Virus record (IMG/VR): IMGVR_UViG_3300025949_000023
Coordinates: 8,044 to 72,043 of that record
Reading direction: 5' to 3' (one strand)
DNA length: 64,000 nt
Source: a virus
The notes under the pieces were generated by a model, which was given only the letters and a program-made list of their open reading frames with translations, did not search any database and was not told the DNA's origin. Shown here piece by piece: positions 48,971-58,183 of the stretch. Within the stretch, counting starts at the first letter, position 1. The number at the start of each line of letters is the position of its first letter. A program made the translations under genes and the position numbers.

Positions 48971-49615
48971 ATGAACACTTACGCAAAGTACTGCCCAAAT
49001 GTATTTGTTGCCAAATGTGCAGAAAAGCACGAAAAAGGCGAAATAATAACCCTTACTACTCAATACGGCAAAGAACACGATTGCATTGTATTTAATTTGG
49101 TAGCCACTGGCAAAGACGGTTTTTATTATTATTCAATCGTTCGCGCTGATGGCTACAATTTACAGGAACGCGCTAAAGCTAAGGCAGAACGTTACAACCA
49201 ATGGGCTGCAAGTGCAGAAAACAAAAGCAACCAGTATTATGAAGCAAGCAAAGAAGGCGCTGATTTTTTAGCTTTAGGCGAACCCATTAAAGTAGGCCAC
49301 CACAGCGAAGGCAGGCACAGGGCTTTAATACAAAGGAATTGGGACAGGATGGGCAAGAGTGTTGAAATGGCAGACAAAGCAGAACAACACGAAAGCAAAG
49401 CCGAATATTGGCAGCGCAGGGCAAACGATATTAATTTATCTATGCCTGAAAGTTTAGAGTATTACGAATATAAACTACAATTAGCACAGGAAAGACATAC
49501 GGGGCTTAAAAATGGCACAATACACCGTGAACATAGTTTCTCCCTTACCTATGCTAACAAAGAAGTAAAAGAGCTTACAGATAAGCTAAATACAGCTAAA
49601 AAACTTTGGGCTTAA
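48971..49615 (+). CDS. DUF3560-like protein (leading-region/early gene)
   Basis: ERAKAKAERY...LGEPIKVGHHSEGRHR. Confidence 0.8.
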   Translation: MNTYAKYCPNVFVAKCAEKHEKGEIITLTTQYGKEHDCIVFNLVATGKDGFYYYSIVRADGYNLQERAKAKAERYNQWAASAENKSNQYYEASKEGADFLALGEPIKVGHHSEGRHRALIQRNWDRMGKSVEMADKAEQHESKAEYWQRRANDINLSMPESLEYYEYKLQLAQERHTGLKNGTIHREHSFSLTYANKEVKELTDKLNTAKKLWA

Positions 49616-49981
49616 CTCCCCCTTACCCTGCAACGGTTTAGCCGTGGCCGTTCAATCGGGCGGCAGGGTGCTAAAACATCATGGGCCAGGGGCAAGAATA
49701 AGCATTGGGCTTTGGTTGCGACGCTCCCGTGTACGCCTGGTAACAGTATGCAGCAGTTGCTTTTGAATAACAATTAAGCACCTGGTTAAATACTTTACAA
49801 TAACATAAATACGGAATAAGTGCTTTTTGCAGTCTTTTCAATGGTTTCAGGCTTTTTTAGTACACCACCAATGTACTAACGGGGCAATATACAGCACCTG
49901 AAGGGCAAATAATTGGTACATTATAACCGTGTTATTAAAATGATTTACACTTTTATTGTATAACTTTAAAGCCTAAATTAT

Positions 49982-50458
49982 ATGGAAATGCCTAAAAGAG
50001 TTTACTTTGAAACAACCGAAACCATAACAAAACACAGCAAGGGGTATATTGAAATTGACACGGATTTTACCCAGGTGTATGATTGCTTTAGCAAGGTTTC
50101 GCTGCGTTTTAAGTCTGTTACCAGCATGAAATTAATGTTTTGGCTGTTATCGCATGAGGCCAACCAGGCTAACGGGATTAACAGCGGGGCCGCTGTACAT
50201 GAGCGCTTTTGTAAGTTTCTTAAAGAAGAAGGTTATGAAGAGGTGCCAATGAGAACATTTAAAGCCGCTTTTGAAGAGCTGTATAAAACAGAAGTGTTAA
50301 CCAGGGTAGGCCGTGGGCAATACTATTTCAATCCGCATGTGTTTTGGCGCAACGATAAAAACGAGCGCATAAACTTTATTATTGACGAGGCAAAGGAAAA
50401 GAAATTCCTTTCACACAATCCGCTTAATGAAACTAAATCTTTAAACAATAAACCATAA
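49982..50458 (+). CDS. RepL-like winged-helix replication/maintenance protein
   Basis: FTQVY...KLMFWLL...FEELYKTEVLTRVGRGQYYFNPHVFWR. Confidence 0.6.
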   Translation: MEMPKRVYFETTETITKHSKGYIEIDTDFTQVYDCFSKVSLRFKSVTSMKLMFWLLSHEANQANGINSGAAVHERFCKFLKEEGYEEVPMRTFKAAFEELYKTEVLTRVGRGQYYFNPHVFWRNDKNERINFIIDEAKEKKFLSHNPLNETKSLNNKP

Positions 50459-50463
50459 AACAC

Positions 50464-51072
50464 ATGAAATTCATTATTTCAGAACACACGCTATATGATA
50501 GCGAACAGGAAATGTATTTTACTAAAATCGGCGAAGATTGCAAAGCCGGTGCGCTGCGTTTTACTGTTTGGGGGAAAACTGCAGAACAATCCCGCATATT
50601 TGCGGAAAACCTTGTTACTAAGTTTGAGGCGTATAATGCACTGGCAGCGGTGCCGGAAGTGTCTAACTTTGTGACGACCGCAAACGTAGCTACCCGCTCC
50701 GGCCAGGTTTACATCGAATTGCCAGACGTTGAAGCTGTTCCACCCTTTGTAATGGTAAACAATACCGTGTATGTGCCTAAACAGGACACAGTAGCCACAA
50801 ATTTGGCAGATAATGCAGAAGTAAGCCAAACCACTGCAAGTAACAATGAGTCAAAAAACAATGCATTACAGGCGCTGTTAGACAAGGCTATGTTTTTGCA
50901 GCAAAAGAATGACTTTCTTCAAAGAATGTGTGAACAACTGGCCGAAGGGCTTGAAACTCTTGTTTCAGAAGCTGACAGGCCACCCAGCGAACAAAACAAA
51001 AGGCTTGATGCCCTTTTTGCAGCTTTCAGTAAAGCACATTCATTAGTTAAGGCTTACAAACTATCAAAATAA
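50464..51072 (+). CDS. Hypothetical protein
   Basis: 202 aa; AAACAC-ATG. Confidence 0.6.
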   Translation: MKFIISEHTLYDSEQEMYFTKIGEDCKAGALRFTVWGKTAEQSRIFAENLVTKFEAYNALAAVPEVSNFVTTANVATRSGQVYIELPDVEAVPPFVMVNNTVYVPKQDTVATNLADNAEVSQTTASNNESKNNALQALLDKAMFLQQKNDFLQRMCEQLAEGLETLVSEADRPPSEQNKRLDALFAAFSKAHSLVKAYKLSK

Positions 51073-51089
51073 TCATTCAAACCAATACA

Positions 51090-51548
51090 ATGAAAAACAA
51101 ACTACAAGTTTTAAAAAACTGCGTTGTAGACTTAATAGAAGATTGTTTAATAAATCTTGACACAGACAAATATACGCAGGATGAAAAAATTCTTATCCTT
51201 GCACATGGGGAGTTGTATCAACACGAGCTTGCAAAGCTTGCACACAAATACATCTCTGAATATTGCCCAGCCCCAAAGCCAGAGGCTTTAATGAAATTCC
51301 GCCTGTTGCAACATTTAACAAACAGGTTTTATACCCACCCTTATAAACGGCAAACATTCACCGAGGCAAAGAAGTTTATTGAGGCCCACGGCAAACGTAA
51401 AGTAAACGGCAATGTGGTTGAAAGCAAATACACCATGTGGGTTAAAAAAGAAAGCTGCGTACACTTTCACATGAAAGATAGCACGGTTGCAGCTGTTACG
51501 GATAACAAACACTTTGCCGGGGTGTTAGCAAATTTCGTAAACTCTTAA
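51090..51548 (+). CDS. Hypothetical protein
   Basis: 152 aa. Confidence 0.55.
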   Translation: MKNKLQVLKNCVVDLIEDCLINLDTDKYTQDEKILILAHGELYQHELAKLAHKYISEYCPAPKPEALMKFRLLQHLTNRFYTHPYKRQTFTEAKKFIEAHGKRKVNGNVVESKYTMWVKKESCVHFHMKDSTVAAVTDNKHFAGVLANFVNS

Positions 51549-51551
51549 TTT

Positions 51552-51854
51552 ATGGAGTACATAGAAATAGAAGCGAACCTTTTAATATTAGCCAGTACGG
51601 AGAATGTTTTTCACAACCGAAAGAGCCGGGTGGAGAGCATTACGGGTTTCCATACCAACTATATGGATAGTTGGGAATTGGTAGGCGATTGTGGAGACGT
51701 ATACAGGCTTATCGCAATGGCTAATTTTGAAAGTATTGCAGAATTAAAGCAAGTCATTAAAAAGGCTGAAAAATATAACTGGATATTTTGGAACGACAGC
51801 TATTTGTTACAAGATGGCACAGAGATTTACAGTGAAGGAAAATGGCTTATTTAG
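51552..51854 (+). CDS. Hypothetical protein
   Basis: 100 aa. Confidence 0.55.
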   Translation: MEYIEIEANLLILASTENVFHNRKSRVESITGFHTNYMDSWELVGDCGDVYRLIAMANFESIAELKQVIKKAEKYNWIFWNDSYLLQDGTEIYSEGKWLI

Positions 51855-51904
51855 CAACATTTGTACAGTAAACGTATTTTTATCAATCTTTAAATAAAAA
51901 ACAC

Positions 51905-52167
51905 ATGACAGAACTACTTTTTATGATTGGCAACATCATGCCGGAGGATGAAATTGTTAATAGCATAACATCCGCTGCTTTGGAATATCAAACAGGCAGC
52001 AAGGAAGAAGCAAGGAAGAAGCAAGGAAGAAGTTGTCAATGTACTGCATGCTTTTTCTAACCAAAGAAGCTAACAAAGGCAAATCACCAGAGGAATTATT
52101 CAAAGAGGCCACAAAACTTAACCGCGCACAAGATATTCTTAAGCGCATGGAAGGTGAAAAACAGTAA
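51905..52167 (+). pseudogene. 83-aa gene frameshifted by an extra 11-bp tandem repeat unit
   Basis: AAACAC-ATG start; (AGCAAGGAAGA)x3 at 51998-52030; two copies restore an ORF ending TAA at 52165-52167. Confidence 0.7.
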
Positions 52168-52189
52168 AAAACGCTTTAACCGAAACTTT

Positions 52190-52217
52190 AAGCCCGTCCT
52201 ATGTGATGGGCTTTTTT
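52190..52217 (+). terminator. Terminator at the convergence of early (+) and replication (-) arms
   Basis: AAGCCCGTC-CTATGT-GATGGGCTT-TTTT. Confidence 0.75.
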
Positions 52218-52352
52218 ATGCCTGCATCCTATGGCCGGGTGCCTCCGGCGCAATCGGTTTTTGAAATCCCGCTACGCCAAGCGGGAATAGAAAAACCCCA
52301 CATGAATATGCGGGGTTTACTCCAAATGAAGAACTGCTATATGAGACAAAGT

Positions 52353-52610
52353 TTATTTTCCTCCAAACAAATCCGGTTGTTTTGTTTCTGCTGCAGGTGC
52401 TGGTGTTTCTTCCTGCCACCATTCAAATGTTATGGTGCGCGTTACGCCGCCCGTAGTTACTTCGTCCTCCCAAAACATTAGGGTGGCCCGGCGCCCATCT
52501 ATAAGCGTTACCCCAAGGCTTTCATTGGGTGTATAAATAAACCCGAATAAAGTGTAAAGCCAAGGTTCTTTCCGGCAGGTGAAAACTGTTTTAATTATTG
52601 GCTGTGTCAT
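52353..52610 (-). CDS. Hypothetical protein
   Basis: 85 aa; translationally coupled. Confidence 0.5.
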   Translation of the reverse strand: MTQPIIKTVFTCRKEPWLYTLFGFIYTPNESLGVTLIDGRRATLMFWEDEVTTGGVTRTITFEWWQEETPAPAAETKQPDLFGGK

Positions 52611-52852
52611 TATTCTTTAATTGGTGTTACGGCTGTTTCAATATTGTGTATAGTCATTGCATTGGCCACAATTGCATAAAAAGCTTCTATTTTGTACTCT
52701 GCAAATGTATTAAAGTCAAGTACCATGGTGTCCGATGGCTCCCAAGCCTCGCCAGTTGCCTTAAACATAGTCTTTTTAACATCCATGAAAAATGCCTTTA
52801 ACTCGTCCTGTGGTACATTTTTAATAGTTATGCTTATAGTTGCTGTTTCCAT
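52610..52852 (-). CDS. Hypothetical protein
   Basis: 80 aa; TAATG coupling. Confidence 0.55.
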   Translation of the reverse strand: METATISITIKNVPQDELKAFFMDVKKTMFKATGEAWEPSDTMVLDFNTFAEYKIEAFYAIVANAMTIHNIETAVTPIKE

Positions 52853-53055
52853 TACTCACCCCCTCCCAATGGCAGTTCTGTTTGTTGCTTTCTGTTATAC
52901 CTGCGTTTACCCTGGGCGTCCTGCAATGCCTCTGTTTTGGCTTCTATATACCCATTTAGGGTATATAGCAAGGCCGTTTGCTCATTAGTCGAGAGGTCGT
53001 CGCTGTCTTTTAAAAGGGCTTTAAACTCAGCCCGAATTGTCTCCGCTGATTTCAT
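52852..53055 (-). CDS. Hypothetical protein
   Basis: 67 aa; AAACAC-ATG. Confidence 0.55.
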   Translation of the reverse strand: MKSAETIRAEFKALLKDSDDLSTNEQTALLYTLNGYIEAKTEALQDAQGKRRYNRKQQTELPLGGGE

Positions 53056-53061
53056 GTGTTT

Positions 53062-53505
53062 TTATTTTAAGTTGATTGGTAATTCCTTACCCGTTAAACC
53101 AAAGTATAGGTTTTGTAATTCATGCAAATACTTTGGATGATATGCAAAATGCAAGAATTTATAAACTCCATCATCAACAGGCGTTTTTAACTGAATGAGG
53201 CTGCACTTATCGTATTGGCCATCACAAAATGCCAAACTTGTATTCCCTGTGCCCAATTCTCTAAAATAATATACCCGGCTGTCCGTATATCCTTTAGTAT
53301 AATAACCTGCATCATGCGTTTCTGTAAAAACTTTCTTTTCAAACCCGCACTTCTCTAATATTTCGGGCGTTAATGGTATTGGCTCAGGTACATACCCCTC
53401 AAACCTCATTAATACAGCATGGAACATTTTTAAGTCCATGTGGATGTATTGGTTATTTATTAGCACCCAGTTACCTATCCTTAGCTCGTTATTTGGTATT
53501 TGCAT
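53062..53505 (-). CDS. Conserved Bacteroidota-phage protein (ELRIGN...PIPLTPEIL family)
   Basis: NELRIGNWV, EPIPLTPEILEKCGFE and KYLHELQNLYFGLTGKEL. Confidence 0.7.
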   Translation of the reverse strand: MQIPNNELRIGNWVLINNQYIHMDLKMFHAVLMRFEGYVPEPIPLTPEILEKCGFEKKVFTETHDAGYYTKGYTDSRVYYFRELGTGNTSLAFCDGQYDKCSLIQLKTPVDDGVYKFLHFAYHPKYLHELQNLYFGLTGKELPINLK

Positions 53506-53528
53506 GTGTTTGAAAGTTTTATGATTGA

Positions 53529-54029
53529 TTAAAATGGTTCGTTCTGCAATATCCCTACGCCCTGTTTGCCGTACCTAAACACTTCCGGTTGCTCAAAGGC
53601 CTCCATCAGCTCAAAGTGCAGTGCCATTAACTGGTATTTGTGAGTAACCCCTTTTTTATCCTTCCGCTGTATCGGCGGTTTATAGTTAACAAAGCACTTA
53701 GCCTCCATTTCTTTTGTCATGGGCTCAATTTTAACCAGGTTAAACAGTCCCAGCGTATACCCGTTAAGGTTTTTGGTTTTATCGTCCTTCAATACTTTTG
53801 GGATATTCATAAGGCACTCACCGCCTGAAATAGAAACTAATTCAAACCCGTCATAAGGTTTTTTAGTGCTGTATAGAACGTATTTACCCAGAGGGAACGA
53901 AGGTTTTTTGCCTACGCGGCACCAGCGGGTTTCTATCTTGCCATGCAGCATAAGGCTTGCAAATGGCTGGTATAAACCCAGTGTGCGTATTATTTCTTTT
54001 GTTGGCGCCAAATCGAACAATGTGCTCAT
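53529..54029 (-). CDS. ASCH-domain protein
   Basis: TLGLYQPFASLMLHGKIETR and C-terminal GKQGVG. Confidence 0.75.
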   Translation of the reverse strand: MSTLFDLAPTKEIIRTLGLYQPFASLMLHGKIETRWCRVGKKPSFPLGKYVLYSTKKPYDGFELVSISGGECLMNIPKVLKDDKTKNLNGYTLGLFNLVKIEPMTKEMEAKCFVNYKPPIQRKDKKGVTHKYQLMALHFELMEAFEQPEVFRYGKQGVGILQNEPF

Positions 54030-54201
54030 ATAGTTAATTTAAACAATGAAAGGTTGCCATTCTGGTATGCACCAGGTATTGCTCCAGCCCCTTTACTACA
54101 AACATGCGGTGTATCTTCTCCATGCCTTCGCTTACTATCTGAGCGTGGGCATACAACTTCTCTCCGTCGACGATTGCCATATAGTAGTTGGGGATTATCA
54201 T

Positions 54202-54426
54202 TTAATCAAATTCGTATAATTCAATAATCTTGTCAAACATATCGTCTATGTAGTCATATATTCCCGCGCCCCGGCTTTTAAAATCTTCAACCGTCTTAAA
54301 TATGCCTTGTGTTTGAAATATACCATGGCTACCGCTTTTTATTACAATGCAGCAATTTTCCATATTCACCTTATTGGAAGAGATTTCCTCGTTTAGATGT
54401 TCCATAAATTCATCAATAGCGTGCAT
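54202..54426 (-). CDS. Hypothetical protein
   Basis: 74 aa, acidic. Confidence 0.5.
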   Translation of the reverse strand: MHAIDEFMEHLNEEISSNKVNMENCCIVIKSGSHGIFQTQGIFKTVEDFKSRGAGIYDYIDDMFDKIIELYEFD

Positions 54427-54429
54427 ATA

Positions 54430-54645
54430 TCATGTGTTTTGTTGACTGTTTAAATACTCGGTTATTACCGGGTTAACCATGTGCTTTGTGCCGCCCCGGC
54501 CAAACCTTGGGACGTACATAGGCACGCCTAACTCAACGGCAGCATCAATTATTCTTTTTTGGTGCTCAGTTAAGGTAACGGCTTTTTGTGCGCCACCCAC
54601 TCCCTGTACACGCCAATGCTTTTCTATAAACTCACTTGGTTTCAT
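54430..54645 (-). CDS. Small protein resembling the N-terminal segment of a terminase ATPase
   Basis: PSEFIEKHWRV...VTLTEHQKRIID...VPRFGRGG. Confidence 0.4.
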   Translation of the reverse strand: MKPSEFIEKHWRVQGVGGAQKAVTLTEHQKRIIDAAVELGVPMYVPRFGRGGTKHMVNPVITEYLNSQQNT

Positions 54646-54911
54646 AACCGCTCTCTCATTTTTGTTGTATCACTCGTGGCGCCTGGCTCACCGTTCATTT
54701 CTGGTGGTATTCCCATTGCATCCCATGCCTCCGGTGTGCCAAACGGTACATGCCTTACATGTATCTTCCCGTCCTGCCTGCGCTCTGTCTTTACGATACT
54801 GGTGCCGTAAAAAGCCAAATCCTCAACCATAGCCCGCTTTGTTGGGTTTATACGGCTAACGGCCTTCCAAAACCGCTGTTCCATGTGATACTTTCTTTCA
54901 CGCTTTGTCAT
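54642..54911 (-). CDS. Small protein resembling a portal wing motif
   Basis: MVEDLAFYGTSIVKTERRQDGKIHVRHVP. Confidence 0.4.
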   Translation of the reverse strand: MTKRERKYHMEQRFWKAVSRINPTKRAMVEDLAFYGTSIVKTERRQDGKIHVRHVPFGTPEAWDAMGIPPEMNGEPGATSDTTKMRERL

Positions 54912-55233
54912 TATTGCCTGTTTTTAGTTCATCAAGTGTTAATCTGGCCTCAAAATAGTTTATTACTTGATGATGTGTTTTTTGAGGCATGCCATAGCCG
55001 TCTGACACCCGAACATCATCTACTCTTTCGCCCATGCTGTTGTAGAGCGTTGCCCGCATAATATCACGGTCATTATTATCTGGCCGGTATTCAAAATAAT
55101 ACCCTTCTGTAGATAAACTGTAACGCTTACCCCACGCCTGCATTTCGTCACCAAATAATGATGTCGCCCACGCCTCAAACGATTTTAAATCTTTTATCAT
55201 TATCTTACTCATTGTCCTCAATTTTAGGTGCAT
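54898..55233 (-). CDS. Hypothetical protein
   Basis: ~105 aa; coupled to neighbours. Confidence 0.5.
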   Translation of the reverse strand: MHLKLRTMSKIMIKDLKSFEAWATSLFGDEMQAWGKRYSLSTEGYYFEYRPDNNDRDIMRATLYNSMGERVDDVRVSDGYGMPQKTHHQVINYFEARLTLDELKTGNNDKA

Positions 55234-55603
55234 CCATCTTTAACTTGTTAAAATGTGCTTCAACGTCCTTTCCTTGCTCTGCAATGAGCGCGGGTAGTTC
55301 TTTTATTGGTGTTTCTACTATCTCAAATTCGGCGTCCTCGGTAACGTTGTGATTAAACCCTGTTTCATCCGTAACAAGACTACCGTAAAACTTTGCAGCC
55401 TCGGCAACTTCTTTATAAAAATCTTCTTTTGACTTTTGCGGCCTGTTACTATACTCGGCCACAACCTCCCCCAGCGTAACAGTGGTTGAGCCGTCATTCT
55501 TCCTATACACCTGCACAACGTTATGTGTGCCACCTGGACCTTTAACCCTTCCTAAGTCTCCTTGAATGTAAGCGTCGTGTCCCAATAAATATTTTTCTGC
55601 CAT
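55205..55603 (-). CDS. Hypothetical protein
   Basis: 132 aa. Confidence 0.55.
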   Translation of the reverse strand: MAEKYLLGHDAYIQGDLGRVKGPGGTHNVVQVYRKNDGSTTVTLGEVVAEYSNRPQKSKEDFYKEVAEAAKFYGSLVTDETGFNHNVTEDAEFEIVETPIKELPALIAEQGKDVEAHFNKLKMDAPKIEDNE

Positions 55604-55613
55604 AAAAGTGTGT

Positions 55614-56156
55614 TTATTGTTCAGTTAATGAGTCAAGTACAGTAAAAACAATGTCCTGCAGGTTTTCTAAATCTTTATGCATTAGCCTTATTAATGGCAT
55701 GCCGTTCTTTGCCGCGTATTCATCTTTAATCCTGTCATGCTCTTTTACCACTTCAAAATCCTTGCTGTAACTGGTAACACCAAAATGGTGGGCACCATCA
55801 TATTCAATCAGTACGTTTTCTTTAACCAGGTAAAAATCATACCTCAGCATATTCCCCTTGCTATTTACGCAGCCACCAAATATTTTTTCAGTCTTATACT
55901 CAATTTTATGCAAGTTTAAGAAAGTCGTTATCATAGTTTCACCATAACTTTCTATCTGCGGTTTTACAACCGGCTTGCACTTTCCCTTACGTTTCTTCTT
56001 TTTAGCAGCTGCTTTGGGCTTTTTCTGTGCTTTAATCCAGTCTTTAGCCTCTTTTATAGAACGCTCAGACGTGCCTATGCTGCGTAAATATTTATATTTC
56101 ACTCGTACATTTTTCGAGTTAAAAGGGACAGGCCAGTAAAACATGAGTTCCAACAA
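55614..56156 (-). CDS. Vsr/DUF559-like PD-(D/E)xK endonuclease
   Basis: SYGE..I..FL...LRYDFYL...LIEYDGAHHF...DRIKDEYA..NGMPLIR. Confidence 0.8.
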   Translation of the reverse strand: MLELMFYWPVPFNSKNVRVKYKYLRSIGTSERSIKEAKDWIKAQKKPKAAAKKKKRKGKCKPVVKPQIESYGETMITTFLNLHKIEYKTEKIFGGCVNSKGNMLRYDFYLVKENVLIEYDGAHHFGVTSYSKDFEVVKEHDRIKDEYAAKNGMPLIRLMHKDLENLQDIVFTVLDSLTEQ

Positions 56157-56236
56157 CCTGAAAAACGACCTGCCCCAGTTTGCAACCTCACTTAATATAG
56201 CCCTCGGTTGCCACGCGCTCGGACATGGTGGGTGTC

Positions 56237-56386
56237 CTATTCTTTTTTATCAAGCTCCCTAAAAAGATTCATCAATCCTCCGATAAACAAGAACCCAAAA
56301 AGGATTTCATAGTTGACGACATTTGCAAACCAGGCGACCGTCATTAAGATGAAACAAACCATTGCTTGAATAAAAGCGATTATCAT
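56237..56386 (-). CDS. 49-aa two-TM membrane peptide (not in ORF track)
   Basis: AAACAC-ATG; MIIAFIQAMVCFILMTVAWFANVVNYEILFGFLFIGGLMNLFRELDKKE*. Confidence 0.5.
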   Translation of the reverse strand: MIIAFIQAMVCFILMTVAWFANVVNYEILFGFLFIGGLMNLFRELDKKE

Positions 56387-56410
56387 GTGTTTATATTAAA
56401 AAGTGAATAA

Positions 56411-56719
56411 TCAGTTTTCAGCCTTCTTGCTTAAAAATTCATGTACACTGTTTACCGAATGGTTACCATCAACTGGCATCTTAAGCCTTTCTACCACTTC
56501 ACAGTCAACGTATGGGACAAAGCAAAGGTCTGAAACTCTATAGCCACCCTTGGTTAATGACTTGATTGCATAAAATATGCGTCCCGGCTTACTGGCATAC
56601 CACCTGTTTGAATGGACTGCTTTGTCGTTTATTTTAATGCGGTACAACGTAATTTCTGGTACTAACAGCATACAAATTTTATTTATAATTTTACTTTTTC
56701 GCACCTGGTGCATACGCAT
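56411..56719 (-). CDS. Hypothetical protein
   Basis: ~87-102 aa. Confidence 0.45.
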   Translation of the reverse strand: MRMHQVRKSKIINKICMLLVPEITLYRIKINDKAVHSNRWYASKPGRIFYAIKSLTKGGYRVSDLCFVPYVDCEVVERLKMPVDGNHSVNSVHEFLSKKAEN

Positions 56720-56865
56720 TTAAAGCCTTTCTGCCGGATATGCACTGTTTGTTTCCACCTGCGGTGTTTCCAGCAGAAATAATGCTTTACATACAGAATG
56801 AATACGCATGCGCAAAAGAAGATGGCAAAGCCAGTGATTGTTTTTAAAATGGTTATTAGGTTCAT
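56683..56865 (-). CDS. Small membrane protein with CxxH/CxxC
   Basis: 60 aa; TM segment then FCWKH...CTRC. Confidence 0.5.
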   Translation of the reverse strand: MNLITILKTITGFAIFFCACVFILYVKHYFCWKHRRWKQTVHIRQKGFKCVCTRCEKVKL

Positions 56866-57218
56866 ATAGCGAATTTTGAAAGTTTATTGCCTGTTTCCAT
56901 CGCCTCTTTACTGTGCGTTTCTGCCCTGCGGTTACAATTGTCGCAGGCGGCTTTCCAGTAGGTTTTATCCGTCAGCAAGTCTCCTGTCCGGCCTTTAAGG
57001 TGGTGGGGGTGCTGCGCCCAGTAAGTGCATCCCTCCAGCTTCATTTCGCATACTGGGTTATCTTTTATAAACTGTGCCGCCAGCTTAAAATACTCCCTGT
57101 TTACCTTCTGCCTCTTTTTGCTGAATTTAGCTATCTTCTTTGGAGCGGCCTTTTCTTTCTTCTCCCGCCTGCATGTTTCGCCCTCGCAGGTAGCGTGCTT
57201 GCAGTTACTTGTGGCCAT
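56862..57218 (-). CDS. HNH-like Zn-binding nuclease
   Basis: NPVCE..LEGC...HPHHLKGR...ACDNCN. Confidence 0.7.
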   Translation of the reverse strand: MATSNCKHATCEGETCRREKKEKAAPKKIAKFSKKRQKVNREYFKLAAQFIKDNPVCEMKLEGCTYWAQHPHHLKGRTGDLLTDKTYWKAACDNCNRRAETHSKEAMETGNKLSKFAI

Positions 57219-57302
57219 TATTTCTTTTTAAGAAAAATATAAAGAAAAACTAGCGCCATCAAAATCGTGTACCCAACTAAAACAACAATTGTGTTTGTCA
57301 TA

Positions 57303-57782
57303 TTAAAACGGTATTGTTTTGTTATAGTGTATTTCGGTCAGGTCGCGCAGCACATCCTTGTAATTGGCGTTTGAATAGCGTAATACCTTCCATCCGGCAA
57401 TAGTTGCCGCGTTGTACTTTTCAAGGTTACGATTAAAGCCTTTTATGCTGGTATGTTCGCTGAACTCACTGTAAATTCCTTCGTATTCAATTAATACGAA
57501 TAATCCAGGCAGAGCGTAATCTGAGCGCCACTTTCTTTCTTTGTGAAACCTAAACTCTGTTTCAAGTGTCAGGGCGCGTTCATTGCAAAAGTGCTGCAAA
57601 TTGAAAAGCATCCAGTCCTTAGCCGTATTGCCACTATGTCGGTTTGTATTGCCGTTAAAATGCCCGTCTTTTACCGGTGTGGACACTTTATTCGGCTCGT
57701 TAAATGCAGCCGCATTTTTAGCGCTCTTGCCCGCTACGCTGTTTTGTAGCTCTTTTATTGAGGGCCAACGATTTTTACTCAT
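57303..57782 (-). CDS. PD-(D/E)xK endonuclease (DUF559-like, possible resolvase)
   Basis: EFRFHKERKWRSDYA...LIEYEG...EKYNAATIAGWKVLRY. Confidence 0.75.
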   Translation of the reverse strand: MSKNRWPSIKELQNSVAGKSAKNAAAFNEPNKVSTPVKDGHFNGNTNRHSGNTAKDWMLFNLQHFCNERALTLETEFRFHKERKWRSDYALPGLFVLIEYEGIYSEFSEHTSIKGFNRNLEKYNAATIAGWKVLRYSNANYKDVLRDLTEIHYNKTIPF

Positions 57783-58168
57783 TATTTCATATTTATACCA
57801 ACCAGCATACTATCTGGTACCGGTTGTTCAAAAGTTGTTGACTTCCATAAATGAAGGCAGTAATGATGCATGCTTACATAATCCTTTTCGGGAGGATGGT
57901 ACTGAATAACACAATCGCCTTTATCCCAAAAAATATCCTTTATAAAGCACATTTCCTCCCAAGTAGGGCACCGCTCAACTTTTCGTTCGGTAGATGATAA
58001 ACTTACGCTTACATGCTCCCATCCTTCCCCATCGGATGCAATGGCAAAGAATGAGTAGTTGTTAATTTTTGGGTGGGTGATTACAAACGCTCCCTCATTA
58101 CCGTAACTACTATCCGAAGCAAGCGGGTGATTTTTTGTAACCCTGTTTTTTTCTGGTACGTGAAACAT
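57782..58168 (-). CDS. Conserved phage protein (GWEHVSVS...PTWEEMC family)
   Basis: ASDGEGWEHVSVS, RCPTWEEMCFIKDIFW and YVSMHHYCLHLW. Confidence 0.75.
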   Translation of the reverse strand: MFHVPEKNRVTKNHPLASDSSYGNEGAFVITHPKINNYSFFAIASDGEGWEHVSVSLSSTERKVERCPTWEEMCFIKDIFWDKGDCVIQYHPPEKDYVSMHHYCLHLWKSTTFEQPVPDSMLVGINMK

Positions 58169-58183
58169 ATAATTAATTTTTAA

